A stretch of DNA of 64,000 nt from Muribaculaceae bacterium. GTDB lineage: Bacteria; Bacteroidota; Bacteroidia; Bacteroidales; Muribaculaceae. The notes under the pieces were generated by a model. That model was not told the origin of the DNA, ran no database searches, and saw only the letters and a list, made by a program, of their open reading frames with translations. The stretch spans positions 126,771 to 190,770 of the forward strand of contig JAFSCJ010000015.1 of the NCBI GenBank assembly GCA_017436845.1, read 5' to 3'. The translations under genes were made by a program, and so were the position numbers. Below, piece after piece: positions 19,071-28,379 of the stretch (position 1 is the first letter of the stretch; every line of letters begins with the position of its first letter).

Positions 19071-21611
19071 TTAGAATTTAAAATGCAATGCAATCCTAAT
19101 ACCATGCTTATCTATGTTATGAGTGTTTTTATAAGTTAAACGCCATACATAATCAATACGCAAAATTTTTAAGATATTCTCAATACCTATACCCATTTCT
19201 ATATAAGGTTTTGAACTCATATTACATGTATGTGCAATTGCGGGAAACCGGAACAAATTATTATTATACAGAGGGTTGTTTTTCTCACTTAAATGTCCAT
19301 ATAAGCCTCTAAATGTAAATATCTCTCTTAACTTCAGTTTTTTAATCAACGGAATATAATTAAGTATGGCACCATTAGCGTAATATGTCAAATCCCATGA
19401 CGCATAACTGTCATTAATAAACTCCATTGGGTTCATTAGTGCGTAGCTTTCAGGTTGGATCGTATATGATAAGTTTGCATTGGGGATTAATAAATTAGGG
19501 TATGGTGCTTGATCCCAAACGTGTCCAGCTCGCAATATAATATCGGTATATCCAAATGCTGAAAACCAAAAACGTTTTTGTGCGCTTATCTCTGTTTTGT
19601 TTATTGTGTGCATGCCACCTAAGAAGTTGGTGGGGGAAAAGCTATGAGAAATAATAAATATCGGAGCATCAAAATTTACGGGATATCTTTTGGTTTTTGT
19701 TTGGTAAAATTTTTCACCGGGTGCAAACCTTAATTTTATATTGAATGAGGTTTGATTATAGTGTGTAAAATTATCGCCATAGCCGTTTATGAACGGCATA
19801 TATTTTGTAGCTTCTTCCCTATTGTGGGTTATTCCAGACTCTATAGAAAAATTATTGTGAAATTCAAGGACATATTCTAATCGAGAAGTCCGTTCATATA
19901 TTATTTGTCGATTTACTTGGCGTTTTAATGAGAGGAAAACATTATCGCTATTTGTAAACATATACTGCTGCCCAAGCATATTTATATCATAGGAGTGAGA
20001 TAATTTCAATGAATGCATGGGAAATTCTTTTGAATGATATTTTTTGTCATGGAATGAATATTCAAGTTCTCCTCCATATTTTAGCTTTCCATCTTTAGTG
20101 CCATACGCTACGTATCCTCTTGCAAATAGTCGTTTATTCAAATTGGCAGTAGTTAATCCGCCAGTTCGAAATCTTACACCCTCAAGATCATTGTAACTAA
20201 CAAATGAATTAACCGGGCCAATATCAAATTTGCTATTTTTGGAAGTGTGGATATAGCCAGAAACGATTACCCTTATGATCTTTTCTGCCCAATAATATAT
20301 CGGGACTGATCTAAGTTTTGTAACCAAATCAGACACATTGTTTTCAGCATTTGAAATCGTTGATATTCTTTTTATATCCCAAAAATAATCATCCTTATTA
20401 TATGCGTCATCATGAATGATAACATCCTGCGGATAATTAAACACTATATTATTTGGCGGAATTTCGAATGAATGATTTCTATAAGATGTATTACGTCTGG
20501 CATACATTCCCTGTGTCCCAGGTATTAAACTTGCTTCTATAGTTAAATCATCTTTAATCTTTATTCGTGTTCCATTTGATGCCTTTTTAAATTCTTGTTT
20601 TATATATAAATTGTCTATAAAGTTTAAGTTGATTGATGGAGGAATATTCATCCGAACTCTCTTTATGAACATAGAACTATCATTTTTGAGGACATATAGC
20701 CGACCAATAAAGCTAAATGTTTGTGGATTATGTGGAGCGAAACTTAATTCTATACAACTATCCCCATCAATTAATAATGTGTCGGTTAGATAGAATTTAT
20801 AGAAATTTGTGGCTATTCTGGACAATGGGCTAACAAATTTATTCCCCAATATAGTGATATCATTTTCATAAATATCAATTTCACGTAGTACGTCATCTAT
20901 AAACACCTGCAAACTTTCTTGACTCGTTATGTCGTCAATTCCGGCACGTTTTATTCCAGAAACATGCTCTTTTTGAGCCTTAGGTTCTTTGCGATAGTGT
21001 ACATTACTCACTTTTTCTTTTATTGATACATTTAAAATCGGTTTCCCCGATATATCTGATGTATCAATATAATCTTTAAGGAATGGAAACTTTTTGAACA
21101 TCCAATCATTTTGCGTATGTTCAGTAAAATTATTTAATGCAAATGTGATACGTTCATATTTTTCGTAGTTATAATTGTCGTTGTTTAATGGGTCCGTAAG
21201 ATGTTGGCGAGATATTATTTTTTCAATAAACAATACCGCTGGGTTATTTTTTTTTGAATATTTTTCTTTTTGAGGTTTTACAAGAATTTCGTTTAATCTA
21301 ATTCCTGTTGGTGTAATTTTTAATGTCAGTTTCCCTGCATTTAATTTGCTTAAGACAAAGCGTTTGGATGCGTAGCCCATTACTGAAGTCGTAATTGTGT
21401 CACATCCAGCCTCATAATTAAATTTAAATGTACCATTTTCGTCAGCTAATACTCCATTTTTACTGCCATTTAGATAAATTGCAACGTATGGGACTGGATT
21501 ATTAGTTAAAGAATCAACCACAACGCCATGTATTTTTTTATTTTGAGATAATAAAAAGAGGGGTTGTGTAATGAATATTAGTAATAATATAAACTTCGCA
21601 ATTTTAACCAT
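19071..21611 (-). CDS. carboxypeptidase-regulatory-like domain plus large beta-barrel-type domain protein (DUF5686-like), probable outer-membrane protein
   Basis: Signal peptide. N-terminal IHGVVVDSLTNNPVPYVAIYLNGSKNGVLADENGTFKF (CarboxypepD_reg-like). C-terminal residue is Phe (RIALHFKF). 846 aa. Confidence 0.75.
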   Translation of the reverse strand: MVKIAKFILLLIFITQPLFLLSQNKKIHGVVVDSLTNNPVPYVAIYLNGSKNGVLADENGTFKFNYEAGCDTITTSVMGYASKRFVLSKLNAGKLTLKITPTGIRLNEILVKPQKEKYSKKNNPAVLFIEKIISRQHLTDPLNNDNYNYEKYERITFALNNFTEHTQNDWMFKKFPFLKDYIDTSDISGKPILNVSIKEKVSNVHYRKEPKAQKEHVSGIKRAGIDDITSQESLQVFIDDVLREIDIYENDITILGNKFVSPLSRIATNFYKFYLTDTLLIDGDSCIELSFAPHNPQTFSFIGRLYVLKNDSSMFIKRVRMNIPPSINLNFIDNLYIKQEFKKASNGTRIKIKDDLTIEASLIPGTQGMYARRNTSYRNHSFEIPPNNIVFNYPQDVIIHDDAYNKDDYFWDIKRISTISNAENNVSDLVTKLRSVPIYYWAEKIIRVIVSGYIHTSKNSKFDIGPVNSFVSYNDLEGVRFRTGGLTTANLNKRLFARGYVAYGTKDGKLKYGGELEYSFHDKKYHSKEFPMHSLKLSHSYDINMLGQQYMFTNSDNVFLSLKRQVNRQIIYERTSRLEYVLEFHNNFSIESGITHNREEATKYMPFINGYGDNFTHYNQTSFNIKLRFAPGEKFYQTKTKRYPVNFDAPIFIISHSFSPTNFLGGMHTINKTEISAQKRFWFSAFGYTDIILRAGHVWDQAPYPNLLIPNANLSYTIQPESYALMNPMEFINDSYASWDLTYYANGAILNYIPLIKKLKLREIFTFRGLYGHLSEKNNPLYNNNLFRFPAIAHTCNMSSKPYIEMGIGIENILKILRIDYVWRLTYKNTHNIDKHGIRIALHFKF

Positions 21612-21659
21612 TAATAATCAAAAGAGCTACAAAATTTGGGTAATTCTTTTAAATACATA

Positions 21660-21677
21660 TTATCTTTGCAAAGATAA
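21660..21677. promoter_or_regulatory. perfect 18-bp palindrome TTATCTTTGCAAAGATAA carrying a TAtcTTTG -7 box on each strand (divergent promoters)
   Basis: Read directly from the sequence. It lies between the divergent genes 19071-21611 (-) and 21739-22194 (+). Confidence 0.55.
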
Positions 21678-21738
21678 TCATTTGATTTATATTAATTTTT
21701 AATTAGATAAAGATTAACGAAATTAGTTTTATCTCAAA

Positions 21739-22194
21739 ATGGCAAAAGAAATAGAGCGGAAATTCATTGTAATTAATGATACGTATAAAGCATTAGCTTA
21801 TGAGTGTTGTTATATCAAACAAGGATATATTTCTACAGATAAAGAATCAACGATAAGAATTAGGATTATTGATAAAGATGCTTTTATAACAATAAAAGGA
21901 ATAACTATTGGTATAACGAGAAATGAGTGGGAATACAAAATCCCATATAGTGATGCTTGTGAAATGTTAGATAACATCACGAAAGGGAATCTAATTGAGA
22001 AGAAAAGATATTATTTAAATCACTGCGGGTATAAATGGGAAATCGATGAATTCTTGGGCTCACATGCTGGTTTGGTAATCGCAGAAATAGAGTTAAAGGA
22101 AGAGGATGAAATATTCCCTCTCCCTGTTTTTGTTGGCGAAGAAGTAACAGGTAATCCAATCTATTATAACTCCACTTTAGCCTTAATTCCTTAA
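21739..22194 (+). CDS. CYTH domain protein (triphosphate tunnel metalloenzyme)
   Basis: N-terminal EIERKFIV (ExExK) motif and IAEIEL near the C-terminus. 151 aa. Confidence 0.85.
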   Translation: MAKEIERKFIVINDTYKALAYECCYIKQGYISTDKESTIRIRIIDKDAFITIKGITIGITRNEWEYKIPYSDACEMLDNITKGNLIEKKRYYLNHCGYKWEIDEFLGSHAGLVIAEIELKEEDEIFPLPVFVGEEVTGNPIYYNSTLALIP

Positions 22195-23595
22195 TATGAG
22201 TTTTATAACATTTTCAACATGATGTGTATGTGGAAACATATCAACAGGCTGTATAGCTTTAACGGTATACTTGCTATCTAATATTGCTAAGTCTCTAGCT
22301 TGTGTCGCAGGATTGCAACTTACGTAAACAATGCGTTTTGGCGATGCATTTAAGATTACATCAACTACATCAGGATGCATTCCTGCTCGAGGCGGATCTA
22401 CAATCACAACATCCGGATGCCCATGTTTATTAATGAACTCATTAGTTAGCACATCCTTCATATCACCAGCATAAAATAAAGTGTTGTCAATGTCATTTAT
22501 TGATGAATTGAGTTTTGCATCCTCAATAGCTTCTGGGACGTATTCAATGCCAATTACTCGCTTTGCCTGTTTTGCTACAAAGTTAGCAATTGTTCCAGTT
22601 CCTGTATATAAATCATATACAAGTTCATCCCCTGTCAATTCAGCAAAAGTACGTGTTACTTTATACAATTCATATGCTTGATGCGAGTTTGTTTGGTAAA
22701 ACGATTTAGCCCCTACCCTGAATCGTAAACCTTCCATCTCTTCTTCAATATAATCTTTCCCTCTATATGTAATAATTTTTTGATCTGAGATGGTATCGTT
22801 TACCTTTAAATTTACCACGTATAGTAAAGATGTTATCTGAGGGAATTTATCAGCAACAGCTTTAAGTAATAAATTAATCTTTTTGTCGTCGTTTTCACCA
22901 AAGACTATGACTGCCATAATCTCTCCGGCAGAAGCAATGCGAATCATTAAAGTTCTCAATAACCCTTGTTGAGCTTTCAAGTCATAAAATGAGTATCCGT
23001 GCTCTTTACCATATTCCTTGATAAAAAGTCTTAATTGATTGCCAAAATCATCTTGCAAATGGCATTTATTTATATCGAGGACTTTATCGAAGGCACCGGA
23101 TATATGAAATCCAGCAGCATTGCGCTCTGGGAACATTTCTTCACTCTTCATTTGTTCAAAAGTCAACCACATTTTGTTTGAAAACGTGTATTCCATTTTA
23201 TTGCGATATTCCCAAATATTTTTTGATCCGAGAATTGGTCTGATTTCAGGAATTTTGACTTTTGCAATTCGTTCAAGCGCATCTTTAACTTGCTGTTGCT
23301 TGCACTTTAACTGATATTCATAGGGTAAATGTTGCCAACGACAACCTCCACAAGTCCCAAAATGTTCACATTTGGGGACTTGTCGAATATCAGATTGCTT
23401 TTGAAAAGAAGTTATATATCCCTCAGCAAAAGATTTTTTCTTTTTACTAATTTTTATATTAACAATATCTCCAGGAGCTCCATATGGAATAAATACAACC
23501 ATATCGTCAACTCTTGCTATACTATTGCCTTCAGCAGCAACATCTATGATTTCTACATTTTCTAATGTAGGTAGGTTTTTACGTTTACGTGCCAA
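22183..23595 (-). CDS. rlmD: 23S rRNA (uracil-5-)-methyltransferase RlmD/RumA
   Basis: TRAM-like N-terminus, Fe-S cysteines CEHFGTCGGCRWQH, SAM motif DLYTGTGTI and catalytic VSCNPATQARD. The start at 23595 is TTG, since no upstream ATG precedes the TRAM domain. Confidence 0.88.
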   Translation of the reverse strand: MARKRKNLPTLENVEIIDVAAEGNSIARVDDMVVFIPYGAPGDIVNIKISKKKKSFAEGYITSFQKQSDIRQVPKCEHFGTCGGCRWQHLPYEYQLKCKQQQVKDALERIAKVKIPEIRPILGSKNIWEYRNKMEYTFSNKMWLTFEQMKSEEMFPERNAAGFHISGAFDKVLDINKCHLQDDFGNQLRLFIKEYGKEHGYSFYDLKAQQGLLRTLMIRIASAGEIMAVIVFGENDDKKINLLLKAVADKFPQITSLLYVVNLKVNDTISDQKIITYRGKDYIEEEMEGLRFRVGAKSFYQTNSHQAYELYKVTRTFAELTGDELVYDLYTGTGTIANFVAKQAKRVIGIEYVPEAIEDAKLNSSINDIDNTLFYAGDMKDVLTNEFINKHGHPDVVIVDPPRAGMHPDVVDVILNASPKRIVYVSCNPATQARDLAILDSKYTVKAIQPVDMFPHTHHVENVIKLILRN

Positions 23596-23619
23596 TTGTA
23601 TTATATTTTAATTTTACTG

Positions 23620-23627
23620 CAAAGCTA
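23620..23627 (-). promoter_or_regulatory. -7 promoter box (TAgcTTTG on minus strand) for rlmD
   Basis: The plus strand reads caaagcta, 25 nt upstream of the rlmD start. Confidence 0.4.
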
Positions 23628-23700
23628 CACAATTATGCGAAAAAAAGCACCTTTTCTAACAATTTCTTTTAAAATAATTTCACGTCTCGTTTTTATATCT

Positions 23701-23708
23701 TATATTTG
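23701..23708 (+). promoter_or_regulatory. -7 promoter box (TAtaTTTG) for ppdK
   Basis: Exact TAnnTTTG match 69 nt upstream of ATG 23777. Confidence 0.45.
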
Positions 23709-23776
23709 CACTACTCTCCTTGATATTTTGATTTAATTAACATTTTACATAATAACTTAATTAACACAACCCGCTA

Positions 23777-26491
23777 ATGAAAAGAGTTTATACATTCGGT
23801 GATGGAAAAGCCGAGGGTAATGCTACCATGAGAAATCTACTTGGTGGAAAAGGTGCAAACCTTGCTGAAATGAATCTGTTGGGTATGCCTGTTCCTCCAG
23901 GCTTTACAATCACAACAGAAGTATGTACTGAATATACCCAAAAAGGTCGCGAAGCAGTTGTCGCATTAATTAAAAAAGAGGTTGAAGCAGCTATTGCTCA
24001 CGTAGAGAACCTTACTGGTAAAAATTTTGATAATCCAGCAAATCCTTTATTGGTTTCAGTTCGTTCAGGTGCACGTGCATCAATGCCTGGCATGATGGAT
24101 ACCGTTCTAAACTTAGGAATGAATGATGCAACAGTGGCATCATTAGCAGAAAAGAGTGGAAATCCTCGATTTGCTTGGGATAGCTACCGCCGTTTCGTTC
24201 AAATGTATGGAGATGTTGTTCTTGGCATGAAACCAAAAAGCAAAGAAGACATTGATCCATTTGAAGAAATAATGGAAAAAATTAAGGAAGAAAAAGGCGT
24301 AAAACTTGATACCGAACTCGAAGTTGATGACCTTAAGAATCTTGTAAAACTTTTTAAAGCAGCTGTAAAAGATTTTACAGGCAAAGATTTTCCTGATAGT
24401 GCATGGGAACAACTTTGGGGTGGTATTTGTGCAGTATTTGATAGCTGGATGAATGAACGTGCTATTCTTTATCGTCGTATGAACCAAATACCGGAAGAAT
24501 GGGGAACTGCCGTAAACGTTCAAGCAATGGTGTATGGTAACATGGGAGACAATTCTGCCACTGGTGTAGCATTTAGCCGTGATGCTGCTACTGGTGAAAA
24601 TATGTTTAATGGAGAGTATCTGATTAATGCTCAGGGTGAAGACGTTGTTGCAGGTATTCGCACTCCACAACAAATCACAACAGAAGGCTCTCGTCGTTGG
24701 GCTGCTCTTCAAGGAATAAGCGAAGAAGAACGTGCAAGCAAATATCCTTCTCTTGAAGAATCAATGCCTACATGTGCAGCAGAATTAATCGCTATCTCAA
24801 ATCGCCTTGAAGATTACTATAAAGATATGCAAGATATGGAGTTCACCATTCAAGATGGTAAACTCTGGATGCTACAAACACGTAACGGTAAGCGTACCGG
24901 TGCTGCTATGGTGAAAATCGCTATGGACCTTCTTCGTGCAGGACAAATTGATGAAAAGACTGCCCTACTTCGCATGGAACCACAAAAACTTGATGAACTT
25001 CTTCATCCGGTATTTGATAAAGATGCCTTGAAACGTGCAAAAGTTGCCGCTAAAGGTCTTCCTGCATCTCCTGGTGCCGCAACAGGTCAAGTTGTATTCT
25101 CAGCCGATGAAGCTGAAGTGTGGGCTGAAAAGAAAAAGAAAGTTGTTCTTGTTCGTATTGAAACATCACCCGAAGATCTTCGTGGTATGGCAGTTGCTCA
25201 AGGTATCTTGACTATGCGTGGCGGTATGACATCTCATGCGGCTGTAGTTGCTCGTGGTATGGGTAAATGCTGTGTCTCTGGTGCAGGTGAAATCAAGATT
25301 GACTACAAAGAAAAAACACTCGAAATGAGTGGCAAAGTGTATAAAGAAGGAGACTGGATTTCATTAAATGGATCAACAGGTGAAGTATATGATGGTCAAG
25401 TACCAACTACCGATCCTGAGCTTGATGGAGATTTTGGTGCAATCATGAATCTTGCTGAAAAATTCACTAAAACTCTTGTTCGAACAAATGCAGACTCACC
25501 ACGTGATGCTAAACAAGCTCGTTATTTCGGAGCTCAGGGTATTGGTCTTTGTCGCACAGAACACATGTTCTTTGAAGGAGATCGCATTAAGGCAGTTCGT
25601 GAGATGATTCTTGCTGGGGACAAAGAAGGTCGTGTTGCAGCTCTTGCTAAATTATTGCCAATGCAACGTGGTGACTTTGAAGGAATTTTTGAAGCTATGG
25701 ATGGATTCGGTGTTACTATTCGTCTACTTGACCCACCATTGCATGAATTCGTTCCTCATCAAACAGCTACACAAAAAGAACTTGCTGAAGAAATGGGTTT
25801 AACTTTAGAACAAGTAAAAGCTAAGGTCGATAGTCTTGAAGAATTCAATCCAATGCTTGGACACCGTGGTTGCCGTCTTGGTATCACATATCCTGAAATT
25901 ACTGAAATGCAAACACGTGCTATCATCGAAGCTGCACTTGCTGTTCAAGCTCGCGGTATTGCTGTTTATCCAGAAATCATGATTCCATTGGTCGGATCTC
26001 TAAAAGAAATCCAAAATCAAGCTGATGTTATCAATTCTACAGCAGCAAAAGTATTTGCAGAACAAGGTAAAACTGTTGCATACAAAGTTGGTACAATGAT
26101 TGAAGTTCCACGTGCAGCATTGGTTGCTGACCAAATTGCAACTGTAGCTGATTTCTTCTCATTCGGAACAAATGACTTGACACAAATGACTTTTGGTTTC
26201 TCTCGTGATGACGCTCCTAAATTCTTGAAATTCTATAAAGAAAATGGTGTTATCAAAACTGACCCATTTGAAGTCCTCGATCAAGAAGGTGTAGGCCAAC
26301 TTGTTCGCTTGGGTGTTGAACGTGGTCGTGCGACTAAACCAGAACTAAAAGTAGGTATTTGTGGAGAACATGGTGGAGAACCATCATCAGTTAAGTTCTG
26401 TGCTAAACTTGGCATGAACTATGTAAGTTGCTCTCCATTCCGTGTGCCTATAGCTCGCGTTGCTGCTGCTCAGGCTGCAATTGAAGATTAA
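23777..26491 (+). CDS. ppdK: pyruvate, phosphate dikinase
   Basis: GGMTSHAAVVARGMGK (phospho-His), CRTEHMFF, GICGEHGG. 904 aa. GC content is higher than its neighbours, consistent with high expression. Confidence 0.95.
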   Translation: MKRVYTFGDGKAEGNATMRNLLGGKGANLAEMNLLGMPVPPGFTITTEVCTEYTQKGREAVVALIKKEVEAAIAHVENLTGKNFDNPANPLLVSVRSGARASMPGMMDTVLNLGMNDATVASLAEKSGNPRFAWDSYRRFVQMYGDVVLGMKPKSKEDIDPFEEIMEKIKEEKGVKLDTELEVDDLKNLVKLFKAAVKDFTGKDFPDSAWEQLWGGICAVFDSWMNERAILYRRMNQIPEEWGTAVNVQAMVYGNMGDNSATGVAFSRDAATGENMFNGEYLINAQGEDVVAGIRTPQQITTEGSRRWAALQGISEEERASKYPSLEESMPTCAAELIAISNRLEDYYKDMQDMEFTIQDGKLWMLQTRNGKRTGAAMVKIAMDLLRAGQIDEKTALLRMEPQKLDELLHPVFDKDALKRAKVAAKGLPASPGAATGQVVFSADEAEVWAEKKKKVVLVRIETSPEDLRGMAVAQGILTMRGGMTSHAAVVARGMGKCCVSGAGEIKIDYKEKTLEMSGKVYKEGDWISLNGSTGEVYDGQVPTTDPELDGDFGAIMNLAEKFTKTLVRTNADSPRDAKQARYFGAQGIGLCRTEHMFFEGDRIKAVREMILAGDKEGRVAALAKLLPMQRGDFEGIFEAMDGFGVTIRLLDPPLHEFVPHQTATQKELAEEMGLTLEQVKAKVDSLEEFNPMLGHRGCRLGITYPEITEMQTRAIIEAALAVQARGIAVYPEIMIPLVGSLKEIQNQADVINSTAAKVFAEQGKTVAYKVGTMIEVPRAALVADQIATVADFFSFGTNDLTQMTFGFSRDDAPKFLKFYKENGVIKTDPFEVLDQEGVGQLVRLGVERGRATKPELKVGICGEHGGEPSSVKFCAKLGMNYVSCSPFRVPIARVAAAQAAIED

Positions 26492-26513
26492 TCACAAGGA
26501 ATTGATTATAAAA

Positions 26514-26566
26514 AATAGGTGGTGGGCTTTCTGTTTTAGTGGCTTGCCACCTATTCTATTTCTTTG
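26514..26566 (+). terminator. hairpin terminator after ppdK
   Basis: AATAGGTGG (26514-26522) pairs with CCACCTATT (26547-26555), followed by ctatttcttt. Confidence 0.5.
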
Positions 26567-26695
26567 TAAAACGTGCGTTTAGTATATACATAAATATTAA
26601 ATTTAGATTGATGGAATATTCATATTTCAAAGAGAATTATGTAATTATGTAATAAATATTTTATTAACTTATGCTTAATAATTAAGAAAAGTTTT

Positions 26696-28198
26696 ATGAA
26701 ACGATATATAGTTATCTTCATTCTGTCGCTATGCGTTATGGCGTGCGACCGTCACTCGGAGCATAATGAAACGTTGACGCAGGCAGAAGCTTTGATAGTT
26801 GAACATCCTGACAGTGCGCTGATTATCTTACAGAAGATAGAAATTGAAAAGAATGATTACGGGCAAATGCTATTACATTATGCACGAGGGCGTATTCAAT
26901 ACGAGAATGAGGATTATCCAGCTTCAATCATAAGTTTCTTTAATGCTGAGAAGATTGCCAAGGAATATAATAATAATTTTATTTTAGGTCTTATCTATCA
27001 TTCCGTTTCATGTATATATGGGAATGCATACAACTACATAGAGCAACAAAATTACGCTCAAATGGCATACGACCATTTTATTCTATCGGGCAATGATGAT
27101 TATATCTTACTCGGATTAGAGATATTGACTGAGGCTCTTTACAATAATAAGGATTATGATAGATGTGTGGCACTATCGCAACAATTAATAGAGAAAGCCA
27201 CAGAAAACAAGAATGAACCTATCACTAATAGAGGACAAAGGCTTTTAAGCCGTTCATATATAAAAGTTGCAAAATATGAAGAAGCAAAAGATGTCTTGTT
27301 AAGACTAAAGACTCAGACTTCAAACTTGACATCTCAAGATTATCGTAATCTATGTTTAGCATACATTAAAATAGGAGAACTTGATAGTGCCAATGTATAT
27401 AGACGATTTGCCCAAACGGAGAATCATAAATCTCTATGGGTAGTCATTAAGAATCCTAAAACTGGAGACCCTATTGCCAATATCTATGATTTAGAAAAGC
27501 CTATTACCTCTGTAGACTCCACCACTCATAAGATAATCAACCTAAATTTAGCTCAGACGGTAGCAAACCATCATGCTTATAAACAATCTCTACAAGAGGC
27601 TGAATTAAAAAGCGAGCGCATGAGTAAATTCGTTATCGTAGCGATAGCAATACTGCTTATTCTCTTTATCAGTATCTGGTATCATCTGCATCTAAAAGCA
27701 CATCGCAAGGAAATAGAGATAAAAATGCTTGAAGCGGAAAATATTCGTAATATTCTCAAAGTCACCAAAGAGGATGCTTCAGCTATGCAACAATCGGTAA
27801 ACCAATTGTTCGAACAAAAATTCAAAACCATTGATGAGCTATGTAATACATACTATGCTTATCAAGATTCTCAAAAGGAGAAAACGAAGATATACAATAA
27901 TGTAATTGGACTTATTTCTAATCTGAGCAAGGACAAGAAGACCATTGCGGAGTTAGAGGCTTTTGTCAATACATATAAGAATAATCTAATGATAGATTTT
28001 AGAGAAGAGTACCCAATGTTAAAAGATGAAGATTATTTACTCTTTTTATATATTGTTGTTGATTTCTCTGCCCGTGCTATCAGTATTCTCATAGGTGAAA
28101 CGCTTCCTGTTGTCTACAATCGTAAATCATCATTAAAACGAAAAATACAGCAAGGAGAAAGTGTTATGAAAGAGCGTTTCCTTTCAGAATTCGCTTAA
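26696..28198 (+). CDS. membrane-anchored one-component regulator: lipoprotein signal, TPR-like extracytoplasmic region, one TM helix, cytoplasmic coiled coil and LuxR/GerE-like HTH tail
   Basis: Signal and lipobox ILSLCVMAC. TM helix FVIVAIAILLILFISIWYHL around residue 312. C-terminal DYLLFLYIVVDFSARAISILIGETLPVVYNRKSSLKRKI resembles a LuxR-type HTH. Confidence 0.7.
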   Translation: MKRYIVIFILSLCVMACDRHSEHNETLTQAEALIVEHPDSALIILQKIEIEKNDYGQMLLHYARGRIQYENEDYPASIISFFNAEKIAKEYNNNFILGLIYHSVSCIYGNAYNYIEQQNYAQMAYDHFILSGNDDYILLGLEILTEALYNNKDYDRCVALSQQLIEKATENKNEPITNRGQRLLSRSYIKVAKYEEAKDVLLRLKTQTSNLTSQDYRNLCLAYIKIGELDSANVYRRFAQTENHKSLWVVIKNPKTGDPIANIYDLEKPITSVDSTTHKIINLNLAQTVANHHAYKQSLQEAELKSERMSKFVIVAIAILLILFISIWYHLHLKAHRKEIEIKMLEAENIRNILKVTKEDASAMQQSVNQLFEQKFKTIDELCNTYYAYQDSQKEKTKIYNNVIGLISNLSKDKKTIAELEAFVNTYKNNLMIDFREEYPMLKDEDYLLFLYIVVDFSARAISILIGETLPVVYNRKSSLKRKIQQGESVMKERFLSEFA

Positions 28199-28337
28199 AA
28201 ATGGGCAACTTTAAAGGTCGTAAAATCATCAAATAGAAAATTGCCGCTCATCGAACAGCTAATTTACTGTTATTCTATACATTACAACTTAATTAAAATA
28301 GAATTATCAAAGCTATTTTCACCTCTTATATAATATT

Positions 28338-28379
28338 CTCATAGTAACTTTGCATCAAAATAATGCTCGTTACTATGAG
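28338..28379. promoter_or_regulatory. 11-bp perfect inverted repeat (CTCATAGTAAC ... GTTACTATGAG) bracketing the -7 box and start codon of the outer-membrane barrel gene
   Basis: Arm 1 is 28338-28348 and arm 2 is 28369-28379, with a 20-nt spacer. Arm 1 overlaps the TAacTTTG box (28345-28352), and arm 2 contains ATG 28375. Confidence 0.6.
28345..28352 (+). promoter_or_regulatory. -7 promoter box (TAacTTTG)
   Basis: Exact TAnnTTTG match 23 nt upstream of ATG 28375. Confidence 0.5.

Noticed and set aside
24143-24712. 189-aa ORF antisense to ppdK. Similar long antisense ORFs occur at 5355-5753, 37551-38033, 57644-58048 and 60422-61027.
   Set aside because: Each lies entirely inside, and opposite to, a confidently identified conserved gene. 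The translations are low-complexity or hydrophobic with no recognisable motif and have no -7 box or start context. They are classic shadow ORFs.
26635-26653. Tandem 8-mer aattatgt x2.4 and the nearby palindrome gaatattc (26614-26621), upstream of the TPR/HTH regulator gene
   Set aside because: Both are too short and AT-rich to distinguish from chance in this composition. No supporting context.
28338-28379. Inverted repeat around the barrel-gene promoter, considered as a Bacteroides invertible (phase-variable) promoter
   Set aside because: The segment between the arms is only 20 bp, far shorter than known invertase-driven promoter switches, and no recombinase gene is nearby. It is kept as an operator or hairpin candidate instead.
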